Counted from the first letter of the stretch, positions 10,245-22,891 are shown. The stretch: DNA of 64,000 nt from Eledone cirrhosa (GCA_964016885.1 OZ024766.1:19220001-19284000), one strand, 5' to 3'. Notes: a model not told the origin generated them from the sequence alone. Numbers and translations are program-made.

Positions 10245-13019
10245 GAGACACCATGTTGACACTATGGAGGACATTTGTCCTAAGCCCCCTGGACTATTGC
10301 TCCCAGTTGTGGTCACCCCATGGTGTCAAACTAACCACGGAGCTTGAGGCAATCCAGCGAAGCTACACCAAGAGGATTGCCAAGATGAAGGAGACAAGCT
10401 ACTGGGAGAGGCTAAAGGAACTGAACCTCTACTCCTGCAGTGGACTACATATGGAAAATTCTGGAGGAACTAGCCCCAAACTTTGGCACTGGGAGCTGGA
10501 CCAACCCTCGAACAAGACGTCACTGTGTGGTGCCAAAGGTCCCGTCTTCTACATCTAGAATAAGGAGCAGATATTGCAATAGCCTGGGGTTCAAGGGCCC
10601 TCAACTCTTCAACAAGCTGCCAAGAGATTTGTCCTAAGCCGCCTAGACTACTGCTCCCAGTTGTGGTCACCCCATGGTGTCAAACTAACCACGGAGCTTG
10701 AGGCAATCCAGCGAAGCTACACCAAGAGGATTGCCAAGATGAGGGAGACAAGCTACTGGGAGAGGCAGAAGGAACTGAAACTCTGCTCCTTGGAACGAAG
10801 ACAGGAGAGATACGCAGTGATCTACATGTGAAAAATCCTGGAGGGACTAGCACCAAACTTTGGCATTGAGTGCTGGACCAATTCCCGAACAGGACGTCAC
10901 TGTGTGGTGCCAAAGGTCCCGTCTTCCACATCTAGAATAAGGAGCAGATATTGCAATAGCCTGGGGTTCAAGGGCCCTCAACTCTTCAACAAGCTGCCAA
11001 GAGATTTGTCCTAAGCCGCCTGGACTATTGCTCCCAGTTGTGGTCACCCCATGGTGTTAAACTAACCACAGAGCTTGAGGCAATCCAGCGAGGCTACACC
11101 AAGAGGATGGCCACGATGAAGGAGACAAGCTACTGGGAGAGGCAGAAGGAACTGAAACTCTGCTCCTTGGAACGAAGACGGGAGAGATACGCAGTGATCT
11201 ACATGTGAAAAATCCTGGAGGGACTAGCACCAAACTTTGGCATTGAGTGCTGGACCAATTCCCGAACAGGACGTCACTGTGTGGTGTCAAAGGTCCCGTC
11301 TTCCACATCTAGAATAAGGAGCAGGTGTTGCAATAGCCCTCATCTTTTCAACAAGCTGCCAAGAGATTTGTCCTAAGCCGCCTGGACTACTGCTCCCAGT
11401 TGTGGTCACCCCATGGTGTTAAACTAACCACAGAGCTTGAGGCAATCCAGCGAAGCTACACCAAGAGGATTGCCACGATGAGGGAGACAAGCTACTGGGA
11501 GAGGCTAAAGGAACTGAACCTCTACTCCTGCAGTGGACTACATATGGAAAATTCTGGAGGAACTAGCCCCAAACTTTGGCACTGGGAGCTGGACCAACCG
11601 TCGAACAGGACGTCACTGTGTGGTGCCAAAGGTTCCGTCTTCTACATCTAGAATAAGGAGCAGGTGTTGCAATAGCCCTCAACTCTTCAACAAGCTGCCA
11701 AGAGATTTGTCCTAAGCCTCCTAGACTACTGCTCCCAGTTGTGGTCACCCCATGGTGTTAAACTAACCACGGAGCTTGAGGCAATCCAGCGAGGCTACAC
11801 CAAGAGGATGGCCACGATGAAGGAGACAAGCTACTGGGAGAGGCTAAAGGAACTGAACCTCTACTCCTGCAGTGGACTACATATGGAAAATTCTGGAGGA
11901 ACTAGCCCCAAACTTTGGCACTGGGAGCTGGACTAACCGTCGAACAGGACGTCACTGTGTGGTGCCAAAGGTCCCGTCTTCTACATCTAGAATAAGGAGC
12001 AGGTGTTGCAATAGCCCTCAACTCTTCAACAAGCTGCCAAGAGATTTGTCCTAAGCCGCCTAGACTACTGCTCCCAGTTGTGGTCACCCCATGGTGTTAA
12101 ACTAACCACAGAGCTTGAGGCAATCCAGCGAGGCTACACCAAGAGGATTGCCACGATGAAGGAGACAAGCTACTGGGAGAGGCTGAAGGAACTGAAACTC
12201 TGCTCCTTGGAACGAAGACGGGAGAGATACGCAGTGATCTACATGTGGAAAATCCTGGAGGGACTAGCACCAAACTTTGGCATTGGGAGCTGGACCAACC
12301 GTCGAACAGGACGTCACTGTGTGGTGCCAAAGGTCCCGTCTTCCACATCTAGAATAAGGAGCAGGTGTTGCAATAGCCCTCATCTTTTCAACAAGCTGCC
12401 AAGAGATTTGTCCTAAGCCGCCTGGACTACTGCTCCCAGTTGTGGTCACCCCATGGTGTTAAACTAACCACAGAGCTTGAGGCAATCCAGCGAAGCTACA
12501 CCAAGAGGATGGCCACGATGAAGGAGACAAGCTACTGGGAGAGGCAGAAGGAACTGAAACTCTGCTCCTTGGAACGAAGACGGGAGAGATACGCAGTGAT
12601 CTACATGTGGAAAATCCTGGAGGGACTAGCACCAAACTTTCGCATTGAGTGCTGGACCAATTGTCGAACAGGACGTCACTGTGTGGTGCCAAAGGTCCCG
12701 TCTTCCACATCTAGAATAAGGAGCAGGTATTGCAATAGCCTGGGATTCAAGGGCCCTCAACTCTTCAACAAGCTGCCGAGGGATCTGAGAGATCTGCACG
12801 GTGGGGGGGGGGGGATGCCTTCAAGAAACATCTCGGCACCTTGTTATCCAGGATCCCTGGATGACCCCCACAGCAAGGCACGAGGGAAACCTAAGGGCAG
12901 CAGCAACAAACTCCCTCCTGCACCAGTGGCCAACCTACACAGGCTGGAGATAGAACGCGTAGCAACAAGGGCGGTGCCCCAGCATGGCCTCAGCCGGATG
13001 GCTGGAGCAGGTAAATGAG
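10245..13019 (+). mobile_element. CR1/L2-type LINE RT C-terminal fragment amplified as 7 tandem units (339-377 bp) plus 3' end
   Basis: Translations LDYCSQLWSPH, LEAIQRSYTKRI, SYWERLKELKL.SLERRRERY resemble the CR1-group RT C-terminus. Units start at 10276, 10630, 11007, 11369, 11708, 12047 and 12409. Confidence 0.85.
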
Positions 13020-13036
13020 TAAAATAGTATACTGAC

Positions 13037-13099
13037 CTTCCCCATACCAGAATGGGCATGTCCGATCTTGACCACCACGGGAAATTTCGGTGTAACCAG
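13037..13099 (-). CDS. Syn: Synapsin coding exon 6, 63 nt: LVTPKFPVVVKIGHAHSGMGK
   Basis: ctcttcctcag|CTGGTT...GGGAAG|gtcagt; hallmark synapsin motif FPVVVKIGHAHSGMGK. Confidence 0.96.
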
Positions 13100-13102
13100 C
13101 TG

Positions 13103-14125
13103 AGGAAGAGAGAGAGAGGAAAAGAGAGTGTTAGCGGAGTGTGGGAGAGAGGAGGGGGTGGGTGGGAGGGAGAGAGAGAGAGGAAAAGAGAGTGTTAGCG
13201 GAGTGTGGGAGAGAGGAGGGGGTGGGTGGGAGAGAGAGAGAGAGAGAGGAAAAGAGAGTGTTAGTGGAGTGTGGGAGAGAGGAGGGGGTGGGTGGGAGAG
13301 AGAGAGAGAGGAAAAGAGAGTGTTAGTGGAGTGTGGGAGAGAGGAGGGGGTGGGTGGGAGAGAGAGAGAGAGAGGAAAAGAGAGTGTTAGTGGAGTGTGG
13401 GAGAGAGGAGGGGGTGGGTGGGAGAGAGAGAGAGAGAGGAAAAGAGAGTGTTAGCGGAGTGTGGGAGAGAGGAGGGGGTGGGTGGGAGAGAGAGAGAGAG
13501 AGAGGAAAAGAGAGTGTTAGCGGAGTGTGGGAGAGAGGAGGGGGTGGGTGGGAGAGAGAGAGAGAGAGAGGAAAAGAGAGTGTTAGCGGAGTGTGGGAGA
13601 GAGGAGGGGGTGGGAGGGAGAGAGAGAGAGAGGAAAAGAGAGTGTTAGCGGAGTGTGGGAGAGAGGAGGGGGTGGGTGGGAGAGAGAGAGAGGGGAAAAG
13701 AGAGTGTTAGTGGAGTGTGGGAGAGAGGAGGGGGTGGGTGGGAGAGAGAGAGAGAGGAAAAGAGAGTGTTAGCGGAGTGTGGGAGAGAGGAGGGGGTGGG
13801 TGGGAGAGAGAGAGAGAGAGAGGAAAAGAGAGTGTTAGCGGAGTGTGGGAGAGAGGAGGGGGTGGGTGGGAGAGAGAGAGAGAGAGGAAAAGAGAGTGTT
13901 AGCGGAGTGTGGGAGAGAGGAGGGGGTGGGTGGGAGAGAGAGAGAGAGAGAGGAAAAGAGAGTGTTAGCGGAGTGTGGGAGAGAGGAGGGGGTGGGTGGG
14001 AGAGAGAGAGAGGAAAAGAGTGTTAGTGGACTGTGGGAGAGAGAGAGGGGGGATAGGGGGAGGAGAGGGGGGTAGAGAGAGGGGGGGGGGGGGTGTTAAT
14101 GGAGTGTGAGAGAGAGAGAGAGTGG
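13103..14125. repeat. Purine-rich 60-66 bp minisatellite (about 15 units)
   Basis: Unit gaggaaaagagagtgttagcggagtgtgggagagaggagggggtgggtgg(ga)n. Confidence 0.93.
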
Positions 14126-14168
14126 AGTGTGTGTCTGTGTGTCACTCATTTAACATAGAACAACAGCA

Positions 14169-16700
14169 ATCATCATCATCATCATCATCATCACCGTTTT
14201 ACGTCCGTTCTTCCACGCTAGCATGGGTTAGACGGGTTGTCCTGTTGTGGGCAGTGTCTGGTCGGCTGACCATGCCTTGCTCATACAGGAACTGATCTGG
14301 CTTGATTTCTACAGCTGGATGCCCTTCCTAACACCAACCTCATTTACAGTGAGTGCTGGGTGCTTTTTCGTGGTGCCTACACGTCCACTTTACAGTGTGG
14401 GCTGGGTGCTTTTTTGCCGTGGCACCTCCACGACCACCTTGCGGTGGGGGGGGGGGGGGGCATATTGTTTATATGCTTCAGCATGTACCCATGGGAGGTC
14501 GGGTACCCTGTATTACTGCGTGACGCCAGAAGTCACGGTCGTGTGTCATTGACTTTGAGAGGTGTAGTTGGGTAAGGTCGGCTTTTATCACCTCATCCCA
14601 AGTCATCTTGGGTCTCCCCACTCCGCGGTTTCCATCAACTTCTAGTGCTCTGCACCTTTTTATGCAGCTGTCATCCTTCATACGCATCACATGTCCATAC
14701 CAGCGTAACCGCCTCTCCTGCACGCAGCATTTGATTCCTCTTATGCTCAGTCTCTCTCTCAATTCATTTATGCTTTGTCGTTCACGTATATTACTGTTAC
14801 ACATCCATCGGAGCATGCAGGCTTCGTTTCTCTCTAATCTACGTAGGTCTTCCACCTTCAGCGCCCAGGTCTCACTACCATGCAACATCGCTGTTCGGAT
14901 ACACGCATCATACAGTCTGCCTTTCATTCTGAGGGAGAAGCCTTTTGCAGCTAGCAGTGGTAGTAGTTCCCTAAACTTCTTCCATCCCGTTCTTACCCTA
15001 GTTATTGTACTTTCTGAGCACCCACCTCCGTTGCTAATTCGGTCACCTAGGTAGCAGAAGCTGTCTACTGTTTCTACAGGGCCCTCCCAGAGATTGGTGG
15101 TACTTGTTTCCTGTGGCTGTTTGCTTGCTGTTTCAGCACAGCTGCTGCATGTGAATCCTACATTCTTAATTAAGCTTCCTGAGATCCCGCTACATCTCTT
15201 GTGTACCCATTGTTTGCATTTGGGGCAAAGAATGGAGTTCCTACCTACACCTTTCCTACATACTGAGCAAGGCCATTTCCCTGAGGGGATCTGGGTTCTG
15301 TTTTCTCGTCTACTTATAAGGACCTTAGTCTTTGTCATGTTGACTTTGAGGCCCTTTCTCTCTAGTCCCTGCTTCCAGGTTTGGAATTTATTCTCTAGTT
15401 CTACCATAGATTCAGCTATGAGTGCGAGGTCATCAGCATACAGGAGTTCCCATGGGCATCCGGTCTTAAACTCCTCCGTTATTGCCTGCAGGACTATGAT
15501 GAACAGGAGAGGGCTAAGAACAGAGCCCTGGTGGACCCCAACCTGTACGCTAAATTCCTCGCTATACTCATTGCCAATCCTAACTTTGCTGACTGCTCCC
15601 CTATACATGGCTTGTACCGCTTTCACAAGCCATTCATCTACTCCTAGTTTTCTAAGAGCCCACCAGATTACTGCACGTGGAACTCTGTCAAAGGCTTTCT
15701 CAAGGTCGACAAATGCCAAGTAGAGTGGCTTACTTTTAGCTAGGTACTTTTCCTGTAATTGCCTCACAAGGAAGAGCGCATCAGTGGTGCCTTTCCCTGG
15801 AACAAACCCAAATTGCATCTCGTCTATATTCACCCGGTCCCTAATCAGCTGTGCTATAACTCTTTCTGTTACTTTCATGACCTGGTCCATCAACTTTATA
15901 CCTCTATAGTTTCCTCTATCTAGTGCATCGCCTTTACCTTTGTAGCAGTTGACAATGATGCTACTGCACCAATCTTTTGGTATGGCCCCCTCTAGTATTA
16001 CCTGGTTAACGATACGTGTGGTTATAGTGTGACCTACAGACCCAGATGCCTTCAGCATCTCGGCAGCTATACCCGATGGACCGGTTGCCTTCCCTATCTT
16101 CATATCTCTGATTGCCTTACTTACTACGCTGCCGCTGACTTGTACTGCTGGTCCCTCTATAGGGTCTACGTGGGGTAGGGTCTCTTCTTCCCATGCATTC
16201 TCCTCATTTAGTAATCTATCATAATGACTCTTCCATGCATCTTTCTTCTCAGCACTTGTGAGGGCAAGCTCACCTTTATCATTCCGGATACACTTCTCTC
16301 CAATGACATCACAACTATCTCTGACACACTGCCTCGCAATCTTGAATACCTCCTGTTTCTGGTCCTCACGTTGTAAAACATGCTTGAATTTTCTATCCTC
16401 TGCTTCCCTCCTAGCTAAGTATACTTGTCGCCTAGCTTCCCTCTTGGTCTCTATGTAATGTACCCTGCTCCCCCCGTTCTTCCATTCTTTCCATGCCTGT
16501 CTCTTGGCCTTGACTGCTTCATCTACCTTATTGTTCCACCACCAAGTCACTCTCCTCCTGCTTGAGGTCTTACTCCAGCCACAAACCTCATCCGTCGCCT
16601 CTAGTAAGTTATTTTTTAGGAACTCCCAGTTCTCTTCTACGTTAAATGTCTCTATCTGTTCTTCTTTACTGTCGTAGGCGTTGAGTAAAATATCTTTAAA
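14169..16700 (-). mobile_element. 5'-truncated RTE-clade LINE with 3'UTR and (GAT)n tail
   Basis: RT ORF, 3'UTR containing ggtgttaggaagggcatccagctgtagaaa, tail (atg)n; 5' end stops at a (TA)n tract. Confidence 0.92.
14478..16550 (-). pseudogene. RTE reverse transcriptase ORF lacking the N-terminal endonuclease; contains an internal PHD finger
   Basis: WWNN.V, NYRGIKLM, QFGFVPG, DLEKAFDRV, HQGSVLSP, LYADD, YLG, RLRWYGHV, RGVGRPK; open for 690 codons. Confidence 0.9.
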
Positions 16701-16771
16701 TATATATATATATATATATATATTTAATTATATATATAATTAAATATATATATATATATATATATTATATC

Positions 16772-16860
<89 letters not shown>

Positions 16861-16862
<2 letters not shown>

Positions 16863-17207
16863 AGGCACGTGGCTTAGTGGTTAGAGCATTGGCCTTGCAA
16901 TCGAAAGGTTGTGAGTTCAATTCTCAGACCGGGTGATGTGTTGTTTCCTTGAGCAAGACACTTTATTTCACATTGCTCCAGTTTACTCAGCTGTAGAAAT
17001 GAGATGATAGGGAGTTGGGTCCCTATCATTCCACTGTAAAGTGGTCGTGGAGGTGCCCCGGCAAAAAAGCACCCAGCACTCACTGTAAATGAGGTTGGTG
17101 TTAGGAAGGGCATCCAGCTGTAGAAATCAAGCCAGAATCAGTTCCCGTCCCACCTTTGCAAGCAGGGAAAAAGCGGACGTAAAATGATGATGATGATGAT
17201 GATGATT
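16861..17207 (+). mobile_element. tRNA-derived SINE with CORE-like domain and RTE-derived tail (one 49-bp unit)
   Basis: A box TGGCTTAGTGG, B box GAGTTCAATTC, CORE-like ccttgagcaagacact, hairpin atgataggga..tccctatcat, tail shared with the RTE 3'UTR, (gat)n end. Confidence 0.88.
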
Positions 17208-17219
17208 TACATATATATA

Positions 17220-17829
17220 TGGTGGCTGCCAACTCGTTTTCGAGTACGGCCACTACTTTATATCCATGTAGGAGAACCCCTACCGATGCGCTGAACGAGT
17301 GTGACTTTTTAGTCCAGCCAGCGACTTGAAAACTCTGGTACAAACACTACACTTGTGACAATTATTGACACACAGTGCTGGGCCCATGGTACCATGTGAC
17401 GACAAGTGCAGAGAGATCTCCAGATATAAAGCAATGCCTGTGCCGTGAAGATTTTATAGTGAGCAAAGGCACTGCACAAAGCCAGTCCCACTCTCTTAAC
17501 CAAGATGATATTTACCAAAAAGAAGAAAAAGTCAACATCATTGGATACCATCAGGGTTGCAGGTGTTATATCAGAGTTTTCCTTCTCCTAGAATTCTGCC
17601 TTGACAAAGGCTAAGGGGTCATCTCTCCCGGTGATTTTGGATGGCCATTGACTCTTAAGAGCTCCTTTGCCCCTTTGACAGGTTTTGATTTTAGTCCTGC
17701 AGGATGTCCAAAGTCACCCTCCCCACCAAGAAATCTTGGTGGGGTTGCCAGTTTAGTCGCCAACGACCCGACCATGAGACAGGTTGTACTTGGATACATG
17801 TTACCAGTAGCACCAGCTGGTGACCTGAC

Positions 17830-17831
<2 letters not shown>
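17220..17831 (-). mobile_element. About 610-bp dispersed element, copy 1 (non-autonomous, RTE 5'-like)
   Basis: Near-identical reverse complement of 58082-58691; both copies sit in (TA)n tracts. Confidence 0.75.
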
Positions 17832-17880
<49 letters not shown>

Positions 17881-18252
17881 TACAACATACAGAAAATAGC
17901 ACAACTGGTTATTGAACTCATAGAATGTCCCAGGACATACCAAAATGGTATTTCATACTTGAGACATCATCTATAAATAAAATATATATATATATATATA
18001 CATGCATACATATTTATACACATATCTATATACACTGCAAACATCAGCTTTTACAGACTAAACATACAATATCTTTGCTAGACAAAACTAATTCATAACA
18101 CTACATCTACTACCAGGCAAACAAATGCATCATCAAAATGATAGCTTAGACAAAACTAAGGAATAATGCACTGATTTCCAGACTTAACTAATCCATATAT
18201 ATATACCAGCACATATACCTCTGTGTTTCTGCTGAGGTGTATATATATATGA

Positions 18253-18285
<33 letters not shown>

Positions 18286-18391
18286 CAGACAGTCCTATGC
18301 GAGCAAGACAACCACTCTTGCCTCAAGTGGGAAAACTCCCGTCCCACCCTTGCAAGCGTGGAACATGGACGTTAAACGATGATGATGATGA

Positions 18392-18439
<48 letters not shown>

Positions 18440-18497
18440 ATATATATGTATATATATATATATGTGTGTATATATATGTGTAAATATATGTGAGTGT

Positions 18498-18966
18498 ATC
18501 ATCATCATCATGATTTTTACGTCCACTTTTCCCTGCTTGCTAGGGTGGGACGGGAACTGATTCTGGCTTGATTTCTACAGCTGGATGCCCTTCCTAACAC
18601 CAACCTCATTTACAGTGAGTGCTGGGTGCTTTTTTGCCGTGACCCCTCCACGACCACTTTACAGTGAGTGCTGGGTGCTTTTTTGCCGTGGCACCTCCAC
18701 GACCACTTTACAGTGAGTGCTGGGTGCTTTTTTGCCGTGGCACCTCCACGACCACTTTACAGTGAGTGCTGGGTGCTTTTTTGCCGTGGCACCTCCACGA
18801 CCACTTTACAGTGAGTGCTGGGTGCTTTTTTGCCGTGGCACCTCCACGACTACTTTACAGTGGCATGATAGGGACCTCAGTCCCTATCATCTCATTTCTA
18901 CAGCTGAGTAAACTGGAGCAATGTGAAATAAAGTGTCTTGCTCAAGGAAACAACATATCACCCGGT
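18498..18966 (-). mobile_element. SINE copy (about five 49-bp units) lacking the tRNA head
   Basis: Reverse complement of the 16861 element; stops at cacccggt where the 23-bp satellite begins. Confidence 0.85.
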
Positions 18967-21320
18967 GTATATCTGGACTAAAACCTGGTATATGTCTGGA
19001 CTAAAACCTGGTGTATATCTGGACTAAAACCTGGTGTATACCTGGACTAAAACCTGGTATATATCTGGACTAAAACCTGGTATATGTCTGGACTAAAACC
19101 TGGTGTATATCTGGACTAAAACCTGGTATATATCTGGACTAAAACCTGGTATATATCTGGACTAAAACCTGGTGTATATCTGGACTAAAACCTGGTGTAT
19201 ATCTGGACTAAAACCTGGTGTATATCTGAACTAAAACCTGGTATATATCTGGACTAAAACCTGGTATATATCTGGACTAAAACCTGGTATATATCTGGAC
19301 TAAAACCTGGTATATATCTGGACTAAAACCTGGTGTATATCTGGAGTAAATCCTGGTATATATCTGGACTAAAACCTGGTGTATATCTGGACTAAAACCT
19401 GGTATATATCTGGACTAAAACCTGGTGTATATCTGGACTAAAACCTGGTATATATCTGGACTAAAACCTGGTGTATATCTGAACTAAAACCTGGTATATA
19501 TCTGGACTAAAACCTGGTGTATATCTGGACTAAAACCTGGTATATATCTGGACTAAAACCTGGTGTATATCTGGAGTAAAGCCTGGTATATATCTGGACT
19601 AAAACCTGGTGTATATCTGGACTAAAACCTGGTGTATATCTGGACTAAAACCTGGTATATATCTGGACTAAAACCTGGTATATATCTGGACTAAAACCTG
19701 GTATATATCTGGACTAAAACCTGGTATATATCTGGACTAAAACCTGGTGTATATCTGGAGTAAAGCCTGGTATATATCTGGACTAAAACCTGGTGTATAT
19801 CTGGACTAAAACCTGGTATATATCTGGACTAAAACCTGGTGTATATCTGGACTAAAACCTGGTGTATATCTGGACTAAAACCTGGTGTATATCTGAACTA
19901 AAACCTGGTGTATATCTGGACTAAAACCTGGTGTATATCTGAACTAAAACCTGGTGTATATCTGGACTAAAACCTGGTGTATATCTGGACTAAAACCTGG
20001 TATATATCTGGACTAAAACCTGGTGTATATCTGGACTAAAACCTGGTGTATATCTGGACTAAAACCTGGTATATATCTGGACTAAAACCTGGTATATATC
20101 TGGACTAAAACCTGGTATATATCTGGACTAAAACCTGGTATATATCTGGACTAAAACCTGGTATATATCTGGACTAAAACCTGGTGTATATCTGAACTAA
20201 AACCTGGTATATATCTGGACTAAAACCTGGTATATATCTGGACTAAAACCTGGTATATATCTGGACTAAAACCTGGTATATATCTGGACTAAAACCTGGT
20301 ATATATCTGGACTAAAACCTGGTATATATCTGGACTAAAACCTGGTGTATATCTGGAGTAAAGCCTGGTATATATCTGGACTAAAACCTGGTGTATATCT
20401 GGAGTAAAGCCTGGTATATATCTGGACTAAAACCTGGTATATATCTGGACTAAAACCTGGTATATATCTGGACTAAAACCTGGTATATATCTGGACTAAA
20501 ACCTGGTATATATCTGGACTAAAACCTGGTATATATCTGGACTAAAACCTGGTGTATATCTGAACTAAAACCTGGTATATATCTGGACTAAAACCTGGTA
20601 TATATCTGGACTAAAACCTGGTATATATCTGGACTAAAACCTGGTATATATCTGGACTAAAACCTGGTATATATCTGGACTAAAACCTGGTATATATCTG
20701 GACTAAAACCTGGTGTATATCTGGAGTAAAGCCTGGTATATATCTGGACTAAAACCTGGTGTATATCTGGAGTAAAGCCTGGTATATATCTGGACTAAAA
20801 CCTGGTATATATCTGGACTAAAACCTGGTATATATCTGGACTAAAACCTGGTGTATATCTGGAGTAAATCCTGGTGTATATTTGGACTAAATCCTGGTAT
20901 ATATCTGGACTAAAACCTGGTGTATATCTGGACTAAAACCTGGTATATATCTGGACTAAAACCTGGTGTATATCTGGACTAAAACCTGGTGTATATCTGG
21001 ACTAAAACCTGGTGTATATCTGGAGTAAAGCCTGGTATATATCTGGACTAAAACCTGGTGTATATCTGGACTAAAACCTGGTATATATCTGGACTAAAAC
21101 CTGGTGTATATCTGGACTAAAACCTGGTATATATCTGGACTAAAACCTGGTGTATATCTGGACTAAAACCTGGTGTATATCTGGAGTAAAACCTGGTGTA
21201 TATTTGGACTAAAACCTGGTGTATATCTGAACTAAAACCTGGTGTATATCTGGACTAAAACCTGGTATATATCTGGACTAAAACCTGGTATATATCTGGA
21301 CTAAAACCAGATATATACTG
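18964..21320. repeat. 23-bp minisatellite, about 100 units
   Basis: Unit ggactaaaacctggtRtatatct (ggacta at 18975, 18998, 19021...). Confidence 0.97.
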
Positions 21321-21478
21321 GCTAAACTCTCGTCTGGACAACCATCTCTACTCGGGTGACAACATAGTCATGCCTATGTCTAATGCGAGAGTAAACTAGA
21401 CAGATGTTGAACTGTGGAAGCGAGTTAACAATGAACCAGGCAAAGGAACAAGGAGTAACTCACCCAAAGGTTACTCAC

Positions 21479-21568
21479 CATTTCTTTGTGGTTGGGATAA
21501 TATGCCTGGTCGATCAACGGGAACTTGTCTGGTCCAAGCTTCTTTTGAATTTGGATTAAATGTGCCAT
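21479..21568 (-). CDS. Syn: Synapsin coding exon 5, 90 nt: MAHLIQIQKKLGPDKFPLIDQAYYPNHKEM
   Basis: ctacag|ATGGCA...GAAATG|gtgagt; matches synapsin KKLG..FPLI.Q.YYPNHKEM. A second in-frame donor lies 15 nt downstream. Confidence 0.95.
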
Positions 21569-21650
21569 CTGTAGATAGATAGATAGATATATAGATATAT
21601 ATATACATACATACATACATAGATAGATATGTTCCTTTATTTACATAGAT

Positions 21651-22066
21651 ATATTTCTTTATTAGCCACAGGGGCACAAAAGAAGGGGACAAATACAAAG
21701 GGGGAAGTTTACATACAATAAAAACGTGTAAAATGTTATCACAAATGTAATTTAAAAAGTTAGTCGATTTTCCCCAATAGGGGGAGACAGTTCATATGGG
21801 TAACACATACCCCCGAAAAAAAAATGTGCAACCCTCATCTCCAGGAGTACGAAGAGTTTGTACACCTTTCCTCTCCTCCTCCTTTTCCTCAACCTACAGG
21901 CTAATATAGAGAGAAGGCCCATTCACTCGGGCCATTCTCGCCACTTTCACCCACCTTTCATAAAACTTGCTGGGGTACAGCACCTCTCTCTCCATCCTGG
22001 GGTACAGCACCTCTCTCTCCATCCTGACTCTTCTTCCAAAGTGGTATTTGAAAAAAAGAATCAGTT
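21651..22066 (-). mobile_element. 5'-truncated, diverged Tx1-family 3' end
   Basis: Aligns by eye with 2112-2495 (tttctttatt.gccac.ggggcacaaa; cctacaggct.atatagagaga; cacccacctttcataaaacttgctgggg). Confidence 0.85.
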
Positions 22067-22104
22067 GTTTCTTTATTTACGTAGATAGATAGATAGATAG
22101 ACAG

Positions 22105-22397
22105 ACAGCGTGGACTGTGTTTTTTGTTGTGACACCTACACGACCTCATTTGTTTCAGGCTGGATGTTGTGGTACCAACATAACTTTACATTGGAAGGGG
22201 TGGTGTGGATGGAATGGGGGTAGTGGGACGGGGGTGTATTTTGTTAGAGGTGCCTACTGACTGTAGTAGGTTTCACTTTGTACTTAGGTAAGGCGGGTCT
22301 TCTCTATTACTGTGTAGCGCCAAAGATCTCGGTCCAGTGACATTGTCTTGGAGAGGTGTAAGTGTGTGAGGTCGGAATTAATCAAGTCGTCCCAGGT
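22105..22397 (-). mobile_element. RTE LINE 3' fragment (second subfamily)
   Basis: Matches the reverse complement of 33985-34280 and 45615-45912. Confidence 0.8.
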
Positions 22398-22405
22398 ATA
22401 TAATA

Positions 22406-22447
<42 letters not shown>

Positions 22448-22651
22448 CGAAACATAAGTCAATTGCATGAACTCATAATCCTTTATTTACTGCTATATAT
22501 ATTTCGATGATAGCCATTGAATGGCTATGACCTCATCAGGCAGTTAGTCAGTTCTTAGATATGCCAGCTCTGTGTTTATAGTGTTGATGGTATCAGGGCC
22601 TTGGGACATATATATATATACATATATACACAGTAAACTAACTATATATAT

Positions 22652-22688
<37 letters not shown>

Positions 22689-22695
22689 TGTAGAT

Positions 22696-22726
<31 letters not shown>

Positions 22727-22796
22727 TAGAGGTAGACAAAGAGAGAGAGGGAGAGAGAGAGAGAGAGAGAGACAGAGAGACGACATACATAGAGGT

Positions 22797-22827
<31 letters not shown>

Positions 22828-22842
22828 GAGAGACATAGAGGT

Positions 22843-22891
<49 letters not shown>

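Noticed and set aside
16861-16935. tRNA gene
   Set aside because: A and B boxes are present, but there is no convincing cloverleaf and it continues into a multi-copy SINE body.
16861-18966. Block inverted segmental duplication with 57078-59300
   Set aside because: The order and orientation of the SINE and the 610-bp element differ between the sites, so independent insertions fit better.
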